A DNA stretch of 62,699 nucleotides from Thermoplasmata archaeon (lineage in GTDB: Archaea > Thermoplasmatota > Thermoplasmata > Lutacidiplasmatales > UBA184): the NCBI GenBank assembly GCA_050013595.1, contig JBEKEY010000003.1, positions 1 to 62,699 on the forward strand. Reading direction: 5' to 3'. Below the pieces are notes generated by a model that did no database searches, had not been told where the DNA came from, and was given only the letters and a program-made list of their open reading frames with translations. Both the position numbers and the translations under genes were made by a program. Shown here piece by piece: positions 1 to 9,683 of the stretch (position 1 is its first letter; the number at the start of each line of letters is the position of its first letter).

Positions 1-1236
1 GGAAGGAGTACTCCTCGGGGTCGAGATGCACGATCACGGAGCGGTAGCTCCCGCTCGCTCGGAGGTGGGCGAGAGCGCTCCGAACGTAGGTTCGTTCGCT
101 TTCCTCCCACTCACCGGTGACGGGTATGTCGTAGTGGCGGGCCGGGGGCAGGTCCTCGAGCTCGCGGGGCACGAGCCCGATCGGGGAACTGACGGAGACG
201 AGGTGGACCCGTTCGAGAGGAACGAGGCCCTCGAGAGCGCCCCAGAAACGTCGGTGGCTCCGGGACCGACGGTACGGCTTGGTCTTCGAGCAGGGAACGA
301 GGAGGAGGACCGTTTTCGAGGGCGGGGGCCGGTACCGCTCGAGGAGACGGCTCCGGAAACGGGCCATTTCGGGCCGACGGTGCGACTCGAGGAGAACGTA
401 ATCGCGCGAACCCGAGAACGCGACCGGGGTCCGCTCGTCGAGCAGCTCCCGAAGCTCCCGGTCGGCGTACCGGAGCATTTCGGCGAGGGCGGGTTCCGTG
501 ATGAGACGGGCCTCCACGAGCTCTCGCAGGCGTCCGCTCCGGGCGGCCGCGATGGCTTCGGCCATGGCCCGACGGCAGGCGACCACCGCGTGGGCGGAGA
601 GGGGACCCATGGGGTCGGACGAACAGGACACGCAATCGCACGAACGTTCGAGGCGAGTCGGCGCCGGGGCCCGGGGCCCGAGCACGGGATCGAGGAAAAC
701 GCCTCGCGCTGCCGCGAGCTGAGCCTCCGTGGTATCCACGAGGTCGATCCCGAGGTACGCGAGCAGGGGGATCCGATGCGGGAGCGCGAGTCGGGGCGCC
801 CAGAGCAACGGCGCGGAGCCGAACGCAGTACGCACCTCACGAACGGCGTGCACGAACGCCGCACCGTCCGCCCAGAGAGCTCGCGCATTCCCGAGGACGA
901 TCAACTCCGGTCGCTCCGCTCGAGCGGCGACCGCCGCCTCGGGGAGGAACGGGGCATGGACCAGGAACGCTCGGGCCCCGACCGGGTAGACGCCGGGTCC
1001 CTCACCCCCGACCTCGGGAGCGAGGACCGGGACCTCGATACGGAATCGAGCGGCGGGGTCGGCGATCTCGAGTCCGCGCTTCCCGACGGGCCCCGCGACC
1101 GACCGAACGGAAAGGCCCGGACCGCTTTCCCCTTCGAGCCGGCTCTCGAGGAGCGACGGGGTGGTGATCAGAACAGGCCCGAGGGTGGCCGCCCCCAGCA
1201 GGGAAAGTCCTTCCAATCGTTCCACCGTTCGGGACA
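1..1236 (-). CDS. arcS: archaeosine synthase ArcS-like (TGT-like domain plus DUF5591); 3' end runs off the window
   Basis: Hand translation of the minus strand from the ATG at 1236..1234 stays open to position 1. It contains the CDCVSC (CxCxxC) zinc motif and PCSKTKPYRRSRSH, which matches the ArcS PC-X3-KPY-X2-S-X2-H signature. It is absent from the ORF track because there is no stop in the window. Confidence 0.7.
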
Positions 1237-1278
1237 TGTTCGCGTCACTCGCTCGAGATCGCCCGCGAGCGTTGCGGC

Positions 1279-1629
1279 CTATCCCTCGGCCTTGGACATC
1301 TTGCGCCGGCCCCCGGGGGAGGGGGATGGGGTCGGGAAGAAGCTCTCCCATCTCGTCACCATCGCCTCGCGGCGGTCGGCGCCCGCCTCCGACCTTCCCC
1401 GTCGGCCGAACAGAGGGTCGTGCGTATCGCGGACGTCGCGGAGGAACTCGGCCGGGTCGGCGCTCGCTTTCTCGAACCCGTAGAGGATCAACTGGCGCAG
1501 GAACGACGAGCGGCCTCGCCAGCCGATCCGTCGGCGTACCGCGGGATTCAGGTGACGCTTCGCCAGTCGCCAGACCTCGTTCGTCGTCCGGTAATCGCGG
1601 GCCGATAGGCCGATCATGACCTGGGGCAT
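1279..1629 (-). CDS. hypothetical small protein (MPQVMIGLSARDYRTTNEVWRLAKRH...)
   Basis: C-terminal part of track ORF 1279..2454, starting at the internal ATG 1629. Third codon positions are strongly G/C and the sequence looks protein-like. The upstream part of that ORF overlaps ubiA and is a shadow frame. Confidence 0.4.
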   Translation of the reverse strand: MPQVMIGLSARDYRTTNEVWRLAKRHLNPAVRRRIGWRGRSSFLRQLILYGFEKASADPAEFLRDVRDTHDPLFGRRGRSEAGADRREAMVTRWESFFPTPSPSPGGRRKMSKAEG

Positions 1630-1697
1630 ATCGATCGAAAAGAGGGGACCCCGACGCGCTATTGAGCTCGTTCCCTGCGTCCAACCTACGGTTGGGT

Positions 1698-2588
1698 CTA
1701 GAGAACCCACGCCGGACCGACCGGAACGAACACGGCCAGCGCCACTCCTACCAGATAGAGGGCGCTCAACGTGAAGTGCCGCTGAAACGGCACTCGCGCG
1801 ACCGTGGGGTTCTTCGCGAGGCCCCGGTCCGTGACGGCGACGACGACCGCCATCGCGAGGAGCGCGACGAAGTAGGCGGTCGTGAGGTGGAGTTCGAGCC
1901 CGAAGACCGCGAGAAGGACGAGCGCCGTGGCGTGCAGGACCGGGACGAGACGGACCGACGCCCTCACGCCCCAGCGGACCGGGATCGAGAAGAGACCGAG
2001 CGCGCGGTCGCTCTCCACGTCCCCCAGGCTGTGGATCGTCTCGAACGCCGTTCCCCAGGCGAGCAGGCCCGCGACCGCGAACAGTACGGTGACGGGCAAC
2101 GTGCCGGTGACGGCAATGTACACGGCAGCGGGCGTGATCGCTTGGACCAGGCCGAGGAACGCCGTGGTGAACGATGTCACCCGCTTTGTGTAACTGTACC
2201 CGAGGACGAGGAGAAGAGCGACCGGTGCGAGCACGAACGCGAGGGGATTGAGAAGGTAGGCGGCGACCACGAGGACGGCGGAGTTCGTCGCGCAGAAGCC
2301 GAGCGCGAACGCGGCCGACAGTCGACCCGTCACCAACGCCCGACCTTGCGTCCGGGGGTTCGCCGCGTCCAAGCGGCGGTCCGCCCAGCGGTTGAACGAG
2401 TGGCCGGCGTTGCGGGCCGCCACGAAGGCGATCACGATCAGGAGCAGGGTCCAAAGGTTCGGCTTCCCGTTGGTGGCGAGCAGCAGGAAGGCGAGGGCGA
2501 ACGGGAGGTTGAGGCCGAGGGTCTGGATCTCGAGGAACCGACCGAGCTCTCCGAACGGACCGGGGGGCACCGGAGCGTTCGCCGTCAC
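1698..2588 (-). CDS. ubiA: UbiA-family aromatic prenyltransferase
   Basis: Multi-TM protein with NRWADRRLD (NxxxDxxxD) prenyltransferase motif. 4-nt overlap with upstream ubiD. Confidence 0.85.
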   Translation of the reverse strand: MTANAPVPPGPFGELGRFLEIQTLGLNLPFALAFLLLATNGKPNLWTLLLIVIAFVAARNAGHSFNRWADRRLDAANPRTQGRALVTGRLSAAFALGFCATNSAVLVVAAYLLNPLAFVLAPVALLLVLGYSYTKRVTSFTTAFLGLVQAITPAAVYIAVTGTLPVTVLFAVAGLLAWGTAFETIHSLGDVESDRALGLFSIPVRWGVRASVRLVPVLHATALVLLAVFGLELHLTTAYFVALLAMAVVVAVTDRGLAKNPTVARVPFQRHFTLSALYLVGVALAVFVPVGPAWVL

Positions 2589-4120
2589 GGCTTCGAGCGT
2601 CCGATCAGCCGGGCGAGGACGGGGTCTTCCTTCATCGCCCTCTCCGCCGCGGCCACGGCGGCCGGGTCCGAACGGATCTCCTCCGGCCAGGGTCGCGGGA
2701 AACCGTCCTCGGGTCGCTTGCGGGTCGCGTCGATCCCCACCTTCGCGCCGAGGTTCGGCACCGGGTTCGAGATCGACAGCTGGTCGACGGGTCCGTGCGA
2801 GATCTCGAAATCGCGTCCGGGGTCGGCCTGCAATCCGACCCGGTAGAGCACCTCGGAGAGGTCGTGGACGTTCACGTCCTCGTCGACCACGATGATGTAG
2901 CGCGTGAACATCAGCTGGCCCAGACCCCAGAGGGCGTGCATCACCTTGCGCGGGTGGTCGGGGTACGTCTTTCGGATCGAGACGATCCCGACGTTGATGA
3001 ACAGCCCCTCCATCGGGAGGTTCATGTCGACGATCTCGGGGAGGACCATCCGGACGACGGGCCGGAAGATCCGCTCGACCGCCTTTCCGAGGACCGCGTC
3101 CTCGGTCGGCGGCTTCCCGGTCACCGTCGACAGGTAGACGGGCTTGGTACGGTGCGTCACCCGGGTCACGTGGAAGACGGGGAACGGTTCCGGGGCCGAG
3201 TAGTATCCGGTGTGGTCACCGAAGGGGCCCTCGACCGAGCGCTCGGTCGGGTCGACGTATCCTTCGAGAACGATCTCCGCGTTCGCCGGCACCTCGAGGT
3301 CGACCGAGCGAGCCGGAACGAGCTCCACCGGCTCCGAACGGAGGAAGCCGGCGAACACGAAGTTCGAGATTCCTTCCGGCACCGGGGCGAGCCCCGAGAA
3401 TACCGTGACGGGGTCGGCGCCGATCACCGCGGCGACCGGCATCTTCTCGCCGCGCGCGGCCCACTTGCGGAGATTGTTCGCACCCACCCGGTGTATCTGA
3501 ACGTGCAGGCCGAGCGTATCGGGCCCGTACTGCTGGAGCCGGTAGATCCCGGTATGCGATTCGCCGGTCTCGGGGTCCTTCGTGATCACCACCGGGAACG
3601 TGATCGTGCGGCCACCGTCCTTCGGCCAGCACCGGAGGATCGGAAGGCGGCCCAGGTCCACGGAGCTCTCCTCGACCTCCTGGCAGGGCCCGGAGCGCAC
3701 GCGTTTCGGAGCGAGGGAGCGCAGGGTCGAGAGGGTCTCGATCGTGCCCGAGAGGTCGCGCATCGCTCCGATCACGCCCGCGGGCGGCCGAAGGTGAACC
3801 AGTCGCTCGACCCGTTCCGCCACCTCCTCGACCGTCGCCGCGCCCAACGCGAACGCGATCCTTCGAGGAGAGCCCAGGAGGTTCGTGACCACCGGCATCG
3901 AGGCGCCGGGCACGTTCTCGAAGAGCAGGGCGGGGCCGTCCGCGCGGAGGACCCGTTGGGTGACCTCCGTGATCTCGAGGTCCCTCGAGACCGGCCGGGT
4001 CACACGGACGAGGTCGCCCCGGGATTCGAGGGCGGTCAGGAATTCCCCCAGCGAGCGGAAGGTCACGGCGGCCGTCGAACCGTCCGGGATATTAAGCGAG
4101 GGGGCGGGGTCAAGGTTCAT
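2585..4120 (-). CDS. ubiD: UbiD-family (prenyl-FMN dependent) decarboxylase
   Basis: 511 aa. The N-terminus ...GPALLFENVPGASMPVVTNLLGSPRRIAFALG is typical of UbiD. Confidence 0.9.
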   Translation of the reverse strand: MNLDPAPSLNIPDGSTAAVTFRSLGEFLTALESRGDLVRVTRPVSRDLEITEVTQRVLRADGPALLFENVPGASMPVVTNLLGSPRRIAFALGAATVEEVAERVERLVHLRPPAGVIGAMRDLSGTIETLSTLRSLAPKRVRSGPCQEVEESSVDLGRLPILRCWPKDGGRTITFPVVITKDPETGESHTGIYRLQQYGPDTLGLHVQIHRVGANNLRKWAARGEKMPVAAVIGADPVTVFSGLAPVPEGISNFVFAGFLRSEPVELVPARSVDLEVPANAEIVLEGYVDPTERSVEGPFGDHTGYYSAPEPFPVFHVTRVTHRTKPVYLSTVTGKPPTEDAVLGKAVERIFRPVVRMVLPEIVDMNLPMEGLFINVGIVSIRKTYPDHPRKVMHALWGLGQLMFTRYIIVVDEDVNVHDLSEVLYRVGLQADPGRDFEISHGPVDQLSISNPVPNLGAKVGIDATRKRPEDGFPRPWPEEIRSDPAAVAAAERAMKEDPVLARLIGRSKP

Positions 4121-4146
4121 ATCGAAACCTCGGGTCGACCCCGACG

Positions 4147-4881
4147 ATGCAGACCGTCACCCTCGAGTTCAAGACCGAGGACCTCGCGGTCCTGGGGCTC
4201 ATCCCGGAAGGATTGTTCGAGAAGTACGAGGAGGTCGAGCTCCTCGAGACCCTACGTCTCGAACAGGGCTGGCGACTCCAGCTGGTCCGGGTCCGGCGCC
4301 GCGGCCCGCTCAAGACCGCGTCCGAACTCGAGCGCGAGTCGCGACGGATCCGCACACTCTATGGCCTCGAGAGCTTCGAGCTCGTCGAGCGGCGGCCCCG
4401 CACGCACGACTACATCCTTCTCGTTCGCCAGCGCAACCCCGAACGCCTCCGGCGCCTGCTCTCGCTCGCGAGTGGAGAGATCTCCCCGACCGCTCCGTTC
4501 CGGATCACCGCGGAGAAGGTCATCGCGACGTTCCACGGCCAGGAAGGGGCCCTGCGGCGAGTCCTGAAGCGTCTCGACCGCGAGGAGTTCCCGTACCGGG
4601 TCGTGCGCGCCTCGGGGCGCCCCTACGTGCCCGACGAAGGAGCGACATCGCTCACGCCTCTCCAGTCGACCCTCCTCGCTCGGGCGTGGGTGATGGGATA
4701 CTATGCGGTGCCGCGCCGGATCACCCTCACGCGTCTCGCCCAACAGACCGGACGCAGCGCCCCCGCGCTCGGCAAGATCCTGCGCCGGGCCGAGGGCCGC
4801 ATCGTGGCCCGATGGCTCGCCTCCGAAGGCAGCGTTCCCGAGCCCGAGTCGGCCGACGAGACCCCCCCGCGGGAACCGTAA
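4147..4881 (+). CDS. HTH_10 (bacterio-opsin activator-like) DNA-binding protein
   Basis: C-terminal LTPLQSTLLARAWVMGYYAVPRRITLTRLAQQTGRSAPALGKILRRAE matches the Bat-type HTH. Confidence 0.7.
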   Translation: MQTVTLEFKTEDLAVLGLIPEGLFEKYEEVELLETLRLEQGWRLQLVRVRRRGPLKTASELERESRRIRTLYGLESFELVERRPRTHDYILLVRQRNPERLRRLLSLASGEISPTAPFRITAEKVIATFHGQEGALRRVLKRLDREEFPYRVVRASGRPYVPDEGATSLTPLQSTLLARAWVMGYYAVPRRITLTRLAQQTGRSAPALGKILRRAEGRIVARWLASEGSVPEPESADETPPREP

Positions 4882-4906
4882 AGAGACGAGAACGCTCCCG
4901 AGCCAC

Positions 4907-5350
4907 GTGCCCCGTCGAACGCGCGCGATCCGGGTCGAACGGGTTTCGGGGGTCGACGGGATCGCCCTGCCCGCGCGGGCGACCCGTGGTTCGGCGTGCT
5001 TTGACCTCGCGAGCGCGGAGTCGGTGGACCTCGAACGCGGCCGCATCACTCTCGTGCGGACCGGCCTCAAGATGCGCTGTCCCGCCGGAACGTTTCTCGA
5101 GGTCCGCCCCCGGAGCGGGCTCGGCAGCCGCGGGGTCCTGATGGTGAACGCCCCCGGTACGATCGACTCGGATTACTCCGGAGAGGTCCGCGTGCCCCTC
5201 ACGTACCTGTTCGACGGGAAGTACCGGATCGAGGTCGGCGACCGCATCGGACAGGTCCGCCTCGTTACCGACGAGCCCGCCGAGTTCCGACCGGGAAGGG
5301 TCGGCGCGCTGCGCTCTCGGAACGGAGGCTTCGGCAGCACGGGCCGCTAG
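4907..5350 (+). CDS. dut: dUTP diphosphatase
   Basis: In-frame GTG at 4907 within track ORF 4703..5350. Motifs GSACFDL, RSGLGSRGV and GTIDSDYSGEV. Confidence 0.85.
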   Translation: MPRRTRAIRVERVSGVDGIALPARATRGSACFDLASAESVDLERGRITLVRTGLKMRCPAGTFLEVRPRSGLGSRGVLMVNAPGTIDSDYSGEVRVPLTYLFDGKYRIEVGDRIGQVRLVTDEPAEFRPGRVGALRSRNGGFGSTGR

Positions 5351-6951
5351 CGGAACTCGGAGAGGAGCCGCTGCACCCGTTTTGGCTCCGGCGGTGACGG
5401 TGCACGACCGTGCTCGATCTCCTCCTGGATGTCGACGAGCATTTCGTGCATCCGGCGCTCCCGCGAGAACGCGGAACGATGGAGACCGACGTCCCTCGTC
5501 CCTTCCGCGACCAGGATGATCGCGCGACCGGTCCGGGCCCGCCCGGTCCGTCCCCGTCGCTGGATCGTCCGGATGACATCGGGGACCGGTTCGTAGAACA
5601 CGACGAGGTCGGTCGCGGGGATGTCGAGGCCCTCCTCGGCGACCGAGGTCGCCACGAGGCAATTCAACTCCCCCGAGCGGAACCGGTCGAGGATCGTCCC
5701 CTGCTCGCGCTGCGAGATCCCGATGTCGTCCCCGTGGCTCGCCTGGCCGACGAACCGAGCGGCTCGCACCCCGGGGTCGTTCCGACGACCGATCTCCTCC
5801 ACGATGCGGTCGACCGTGTCGCGGTACTGCGAGAAGACGATCACCCGGGCCTTCGGGTTGCGGTGGAGCTCGTCGTGCACGATCTCGACGGTCTTCGCGA
5901 GCTTCGGATGCTCCACGGTGAGGGTCTCGAGACGACGAACGACCTCCTCGACGTCCGGGTCTCCGAGGAACGCCCGAAGCGCCGGGGTCCATCGTCGTCC
6001 TTCGCCGGGGCGTTGACGAACGAGGTACTCCCGGAACGAATCCACTCCCTGGGTCTCGATGAGCTCGAGCCCGTGCAGGCCCTTCATGGCCGCCGCCTGG
6101 GCCGTCCGGGCCTTCCAGAGGATCCCCGAAGCCGAGCCCGACTGGGTCTCCTCGGCGCGGATCTGCCGTTGCAGACGAGCGCCCACCTCGAGAAGTACCC
6201 GTCGACTCGCCTCTCCTGCCGGCAGGAGGTCGAGCTTGCGAAGGACGTCCACCTGCCGCTGGACCGCGGCGCGGAGCAGGATCGCGAGGTGCCGGACCTC
6301 GGGCGGTACCGGCATCTCCACGGCTTCCACTCCGATCCCATGGATGTACGGTGCGACGTCCGGGCTCAGTTCGGTTCGGTACTCGAACCGCTCGATCCCC
6401 AGGTTCGCCCAGACCTCGCGGATGCGCTGTCGACTCCCTCCGGGGGAGGCGGTCATCGCGAGCACGCGTGCCCGCGGTCCTTCGCGGTTCGCCTTCGCGA
6501 TGGCCACGTAGGGGTAGTCGCCGACCGCTCGATGCGCCTCATCGAATACGATCAGGGAGAAGGTGTCGAGGGGAAACTCTCCCGCCGCGAGGTCGTTGCC
6601 GATCACCTGCGGAGTCGCGACCACGACCTGCGGGGGCCGAAGGAGCGCCGCCCTTCGCTCGGGCGCGATGGCGCCGGTGAGCGTCAGCGGTTCCGGGGCG
6701 AGCAAGGTGCGGGCAACGCTCGTCGCATGCTGCACGACGAGCGGTCGGGTGGGGGCGAGGAACAGAACGGATTCGGTGGGTCGGCGCAGGAGGAATTCGG
6801 CGACGACCCGCAGCGCGATCGCGGTCTTTCCAAGGCCGGTGGGGAGGACCACGAGCGTGTTCCGCTCGACCGCGACGTCGGCGATGCTCTCTTGGTAGAC
6901 GCGGTCTTCGAGGAGGCCGGGACGGACCCGGGGATGTTCGACGGTTGCCAT
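5347..6951 (-). CDS. Hef/FANCM-like SF2 helicase (helicase part only)
   Basis: LPTGLGKT Walker A, DEAH box (FDEAHRAV), QRRGRTGR motif VI. No ERCC4 nuclease domain after residue 534. Confidence 0.8.
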   Translation of the reverse strand: MATVEHPRVRPGLLEDRVYQESIADVAVERNTLVVLPTGLGKTAIALRVVAEFLLRRPTESVLFLAPTRPLVVQHATSVARTLLAPEPLTLTGAIAPERRAALLRPPQVVVATPQVIGNDLAAGEFPLDTFSLIVFDEAHRAVGDYPYVAIAKANREGPRARVLAMTASPGGSRQRIREVWANLGIERFEYRTELSPDVAPYIHGIGVEAVEMPVPPEVRHLAILLRAAVQRQVDVLRKLDLLPAGEASRRVLLEVGARLQRQIRAEETQSGSASGILWKARTAQAAAMKGLHGLELIETQGVDSFREYLVRQRPGEGRRWTPALRAFLGDPDVEEVVRRLETLTVEHPKLAKTVEIVHDELHRNPKARVIVFSQYRDTVDRIVEEIGRRNDPGVRAARFVGQASHGDDIGISQREQGTILDRFRSGELNCLVATSVAEEGLDIPATDLVVFYEPVPDVIRTIQRRGRTGRARTGRAIILVAEGTRDVGLHRSAFSRERRMHEMLVDIQEEIEHGRAPSPPEPKRVQRLLSEFR

Positions 6952-6995
6952 CTAAGGAGAGCTCCCCATCGACACCGGACCCGACCTTATTCGTC

Positions 6996-8478
6996 TTTCA
7001 ATTGAGGACCCTTAGCCGGGGCTTCGCCGCCGTGGGTATCCCTCCCCGTATGAAACGCTCCAGGGTAGGTGCAATGTTCCGGATTCTCCCTCGATACCAC
7101 GATTACACCCACTTTCAGTCGAGGAGGATTTAGCCCCCGTTTCGCGGAGATCGTTTCACGACCTCTCTTGGGGGTTCTTACGTTCGGCACGCCAACAACC
7201 CTGTGACATGGCGGCCATTCGAACGGTCATTCTTCCTTTCACCGCACCCCCTCAGCTCCTCCGTGCCCTCTTCGACGTTCGATCTGCCGTCAATCGAATT
7301 ATTCCCGACTGGAGGAAACACATCGAAGAGTCCCGGTTTGACGCGACCAAGCGTTGGTACCCCGTGCTCCGTCGCGCCTACGGCCATTTGGCTGCTAGCT
7401 GGGCCATAATCTCATGCAACGAGGCATCGGCGACTTTGAACACCTGGGATGGCATCCTCCGCTACACCCGTCAGCGGGATCCAGCGAAGTTCGAGCGGAT
7501 TAGGAATCAACTACCGCGTCGGGTGCGCCTCAAGGCGAGCTTACACAAAGATATCTACCGACTGCGAGGGGGAATCCTTGACATCACCGTTCGCCCGAAA
7601 GGGCACGTTCGTATCGACTTGAGAGGTACGAAGAACCCCCTATTCTGGAGATATCTCGAGGCCTCCGGAGGAACGTTCGGCCTCACCGTAACCGACCGGA
7701 AGCTGGCGTTCAACTTCCGCCTTCCGCTAAGACCTTTGATGGCCCAAGAGAGCGTCGGGGTCGACCTCAACATGCCCTCGGCGGATTTTGCCACGTCGGA
7801 CGGGGAAGTGGGCTCTGTGAGTCTGCGCCTCATCACACAGGTCCAGGGAGCCATGAATCGGAAGAGGCAAAGTATCCAACGAACGATTCCTATAGATCTC
7901 GATGCTCAGCGCAGGGTCCTCAAACGTTACCGGGGACGAGAACGGAACCGGGTTATGCCCATCCTTCACCGGGTCGCGAACGAGTTGTTGGCGAAGGCGG
8001 GGGAGAAGAACATTGTCTTGGAGGATTTGTCTAGAACGACCGAAGGGTGCGAAAGGACCGCGACGAACGGCGAGCAGAGACGAAGGCTTAGCGTGTGGAC
8101 GCACGGGCAGTTCACCCGCATCGTCACCTACAAGGCCCGGACCGCAGTCGTACGTGTGAACCCTCGGGGGACCTCATCAGAGTGTCCCCGATGCGGAGGG
8201 CCGCTGGCCCACCCGGAGTGGCGACGCGCTTCGTGCGGGAACTGCCAGGGCGAGTGGCATCGAGATCGGGGGGCGGCAATCGTCATCCTGGAACGAGGCC
8301 TCATGACCCTACGGGGAGCAACTCTTCCCCCGAGAGCGCGCAACGCGCTCCTTGAGGCGGCGGTCTGGCGTCCGGGATCGGAAACGATCCCCGGCCTCAG
8401 GGCCGAGCCGGTGATGGGAGACGACGCGAAGGTCGGTTGAAGCTGCCACAACAACCGAAAGAGGAGTATTAGGGGCGG
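6996..8478 (+). mobile_element. IS200/IS605-family element carrying only tnpB (IS1341-like)
   Basis: tnpB is flanked by related end motifs: 6996-7021 TTTCAATTGAGGACCCTTAGCCGGGG, 7113-7139 TTTCAGTCGAGGAGGATTTAGCCCCCG and 8461-8478 GAGGAGTATTAGGGGCGG. GC is visibly lower than in neighbours. The element sits in a divergent intergenic region. Exact ends are not determined. Confidence 0.6.
7208..8440 (+). CDS. tnpB: TnpB RNA-guided endonuclease (OrfB_IS605)
   Basis: RuvC-like residues VGVDLN, IVLEDLS and HRDRGAA. Zinc ribbon CPRCGG...CGNC. Confidence 0.85.
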   Translation: MAAIRTVILPFTAPPQLLRALFDVRSAVNRIIPDWRKHIEESRFDATKRWYPVLRRAYGHLAASWAIISCNEASATLNTWDGILRYTRQRDPAKFERIRNQLPRRVRLKASLHKDIYRLRGGILDITVRPKGHVRIDLRGTKNPLFWRYLEASGGTFGLTVTDRKLAFNFRLPLRPLMAQESVGVDLNMPSADFATSDGEVGSVSLRLITQVQGAMNRKRQSIQRTIPIDLDAQRRVLKRYRGRERNRVMPILHRVANELLAKAGEKNIVLEDLSRTTEGCERTATNGEQRRRLSVWTHGQFTRIVTYKARTAVVRVNPRGTSSECPRCGGPLAHPEWRRASCGNCQGEWHRDRGAAIVILERGLMTLRGATLPPRARNALLEAAVWRPGSETIPGLRAEPVMGDDAKVG

Positions 8479-8491
8479 TCTTCTACTGATT

Positions 8492-9637
8492 ATGATCCCT
8501 CTCTGGGCCGAGGTCCTCCTACTCGCCGCCTCGGTCGCCGTTCTCTTGTATCAGGGCCTCGCCCTCCTGCTCGCGGCGCAGATGCCGCGTCTCAACCCCG
8601 CGCCACCCGCCCCCGTCGCCGCCGGTTCGTTCCTCCGAATCAGCGTCGTGATCGCCGCCCGGAACGAGGAACTCGACCTTCCGAGCACGCTCGATGACCT
8701 GCTCGCCCAGGATTACCCGAACCTCGAGGTCCTCGTCGTGGAAGATAGCTCGACCGACCGGACCCGTGAAGTGATCGATGCGCGGGCGCCGCGCGTCCGT
8801 CGGGTTGACCCCCCGCCGTTGCCTGAGGGCTGGGTCGGGAAGAGCTGGGCCTGCTGGAACGGCGCGAAGGCCTCGACTGGCGAGTGGATACTGTTCGAAG
8901 ATGCGGATGTGCGCACCCACCCCGCCGCGGTCCGGACCACGTACGAGTGGGCGACGCGCGAACATGCTGACCTTGCCACGATTGCGCCCTGGGTCGAGAT
9001 GCGCAGCTTCTGGGAACGTCTCGTGCTCCCGTTCTACGTCCAGGTGGTCCTGACGTACTTCCGGACCCCGCACGTGAACCGTCCGGGGTCGAAGGCGGCG
9101 ATGGCCAACGGGCAGTTCTGGCTCACGCCCCGGACGGTCTACTTCGCGATGGGCGGCCACGAGGCCGTCCGGTCCATCGTTCTCGAGGATATCGCGATCG
9201 CCCGCCGATACCGTGCCGCCGGTCGCACCCTGAGGGTCGCCTGGACGCCTCGGCTCGCTCAGACCCGAATGTACCGGAATCGGTCGGAGATGTTCGAAGG
9301 CCTTCTGAAGAACGTCCACGGCACGGAGTTCTCGGCGGCCCGCCTGGTTGGTTCCATCGCGGGCCTCCTCGGGTTGTTCCTGCTCCCGCTCGCGCTCCTC
9401 CCGCTCGGACTCGCGACCGGTACGCTCGGACTGACCCTGATGGGCGGTTTCCTCTACTTCGCCCTCTTCGGAAAGCACATGGTCTTCGCGCGGGCGCTCG
9501 GAGCCCCCGCGGCCTACGGCCTGCTCTATCCGGTCGCGGTGGGGTACTACGTGGTCCTTCTCGTCACGTCGCTCGGTCGCGGGCTCCGACGAAAGCCGGT
9601 CGCCTGGAAGGGACGGTCCTATCCGATGGGTCCGTAA
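8492..9637 (+). CDS. membrane-bound family 2 glycosyltransferase
   Basis: N-terminal TM, ISVVIAARNEE...DYPNLEVLVVEDSSTDRT, C-terminal TM helices. Confidence 0.8.
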   Translation: MIPLWAEVLLLAASVAVLLYQGLALLLAAQMPRLNPAPPAPVAAGSFLRISVVIAARNEELDLPSTLDDLLAQDYPNLEVLVVEDSSTDRTREVIDARAPRVRRVDPPPLPEGWVGKSWACWNGAKASTGEWILFEDADVRTHPAAVRTTYEWATREHADLATIAPWVEMRSFWERLVLPFYVQVVLTYFRTPHVNRPGSKAAMANGQFWLTPRTVYFAMGGHEAVRSIVLEDIAIARRYRAAGRTLRVAWTPRLAQTRMYRNRSEMFEGLLKNVHGTEFSAARLVGSIAGLLGLFLLPLALLPLGLATGTLGLTLMGGFLYFALFGKHMVFARALGAPAAYGLLYPVAVGYYVVLLVTSLGRGLRRKPVAWKGRSYPMGP

Positions 9638-9683
9638 CGCCCCGAACGGCTATGTGGTCGCCCGACCGTGACCGCGAACGACC

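Noticed and set aside
26-1483. 485-aa plus-strand ORF, and 34..888 / 111..641 on the minus strand
   Set aside because: The composition is R/G/E/D/P-rich and typical of an antisense or shadow frame in GC-rich DNA. The third minus-strand frame encodes a clean ArcS homolog with signature motifs.
2795-4567. 590-aa plus-strand ORF opposite ubiD. Similar long shadow ORFs are 9564..11210(-), 12889..14403(-), 14731..16047(-), 36614..38932(+), 44381..45616(+) and 47908..49194(-).
   Set aside because: Each lies antisense or out of frame to a gene with strong family motifs. The sequences are low-complexity R/G/D/E/P with no recognisable domains. They are open only because stop codons are rare at this GC content.
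6996-7139. Two 26-27-nt direct repeats upstream of tnpB, as a possible mini-CRISPR
   Set aside because: There are only two copies, they are imperfect, the spacing of 116 nt is not CRISPR-like, and a third related copy sits at the other end of the tnpB element. They are better explained as IS end sequences.
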